Positions 63,940 to 64,000 of a stretch of DNA of 64,000 nt are shown in pieces. How positions within the stretch are numbered: the first letter of the stretch is position 1; every line of letters starts with the position of its first letter. This DNA is from Ramazzottius varieornatus (lineage: Eukaryota; Animalia; Tardigrada): the NCBI GenBank assembly GCA_001949185.1, contig BDGG01000017.1:434001-498000 (forward strand), in the 5' to 3' direction. The position numbers and the translations under genes were made by a program. The notes under the pieces were generated by a model that had not been told where the DNA came from, did no database searches, and saw only the letters and a list, made by a program, of their open reading frames with translations.

Positions 63940-64000
63940 TAGCTCTCCTTACTGAAAAGAATCTAGCAGTTGAACGGACCGTCCTTTGCAATATGAACCA

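Overview
This is eukaryotic, intron-containing animal DNA, compact and roughly 47% GC by eye, with one 50-N gap. Gene content (gustatory-receptor pair, orphan class-A GPCRs with an 'NR' TM3 motif, short introns) suggests an ecdysozoan, plausibly a tardigrade; that is an inference. Genes: a Cordon-bleu-like protein (+), three intact C1GALT1/T-synthase-like paralogs (-) plus a fourth pseudogene (+), a small secreted Cys-rich orphan (+), a MAP3K-like kinase followed by a tyrosine-kinase-like pseudokinase (-), UBE2Z-like (+), CDR2-like (-), an orphan GPCR (+), TMEM151 (-), a gustatory receptor (-) with a head-to-head pseudogene copy (+), and a GPCR pseudogene (-). Mobile DNA: a DD37D (maT) transposon, a degenerate Ty3/gypsy element, a non-autonomous hAT, eight TA-flanked MITEs and a nested element with a 4-bp TSD. 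The most unusual structure is a dispersed, mostly intronic family of about 20 palindromic units: AAGTGGCGCA - 27+/-1 nt spacer - TGCGCCACTT, in arrays of 1-3 with a 72-82 bp period. The maT transposon sits inside the spacer of one unit. All exon boundaries and assignments were read by eye without database searches.
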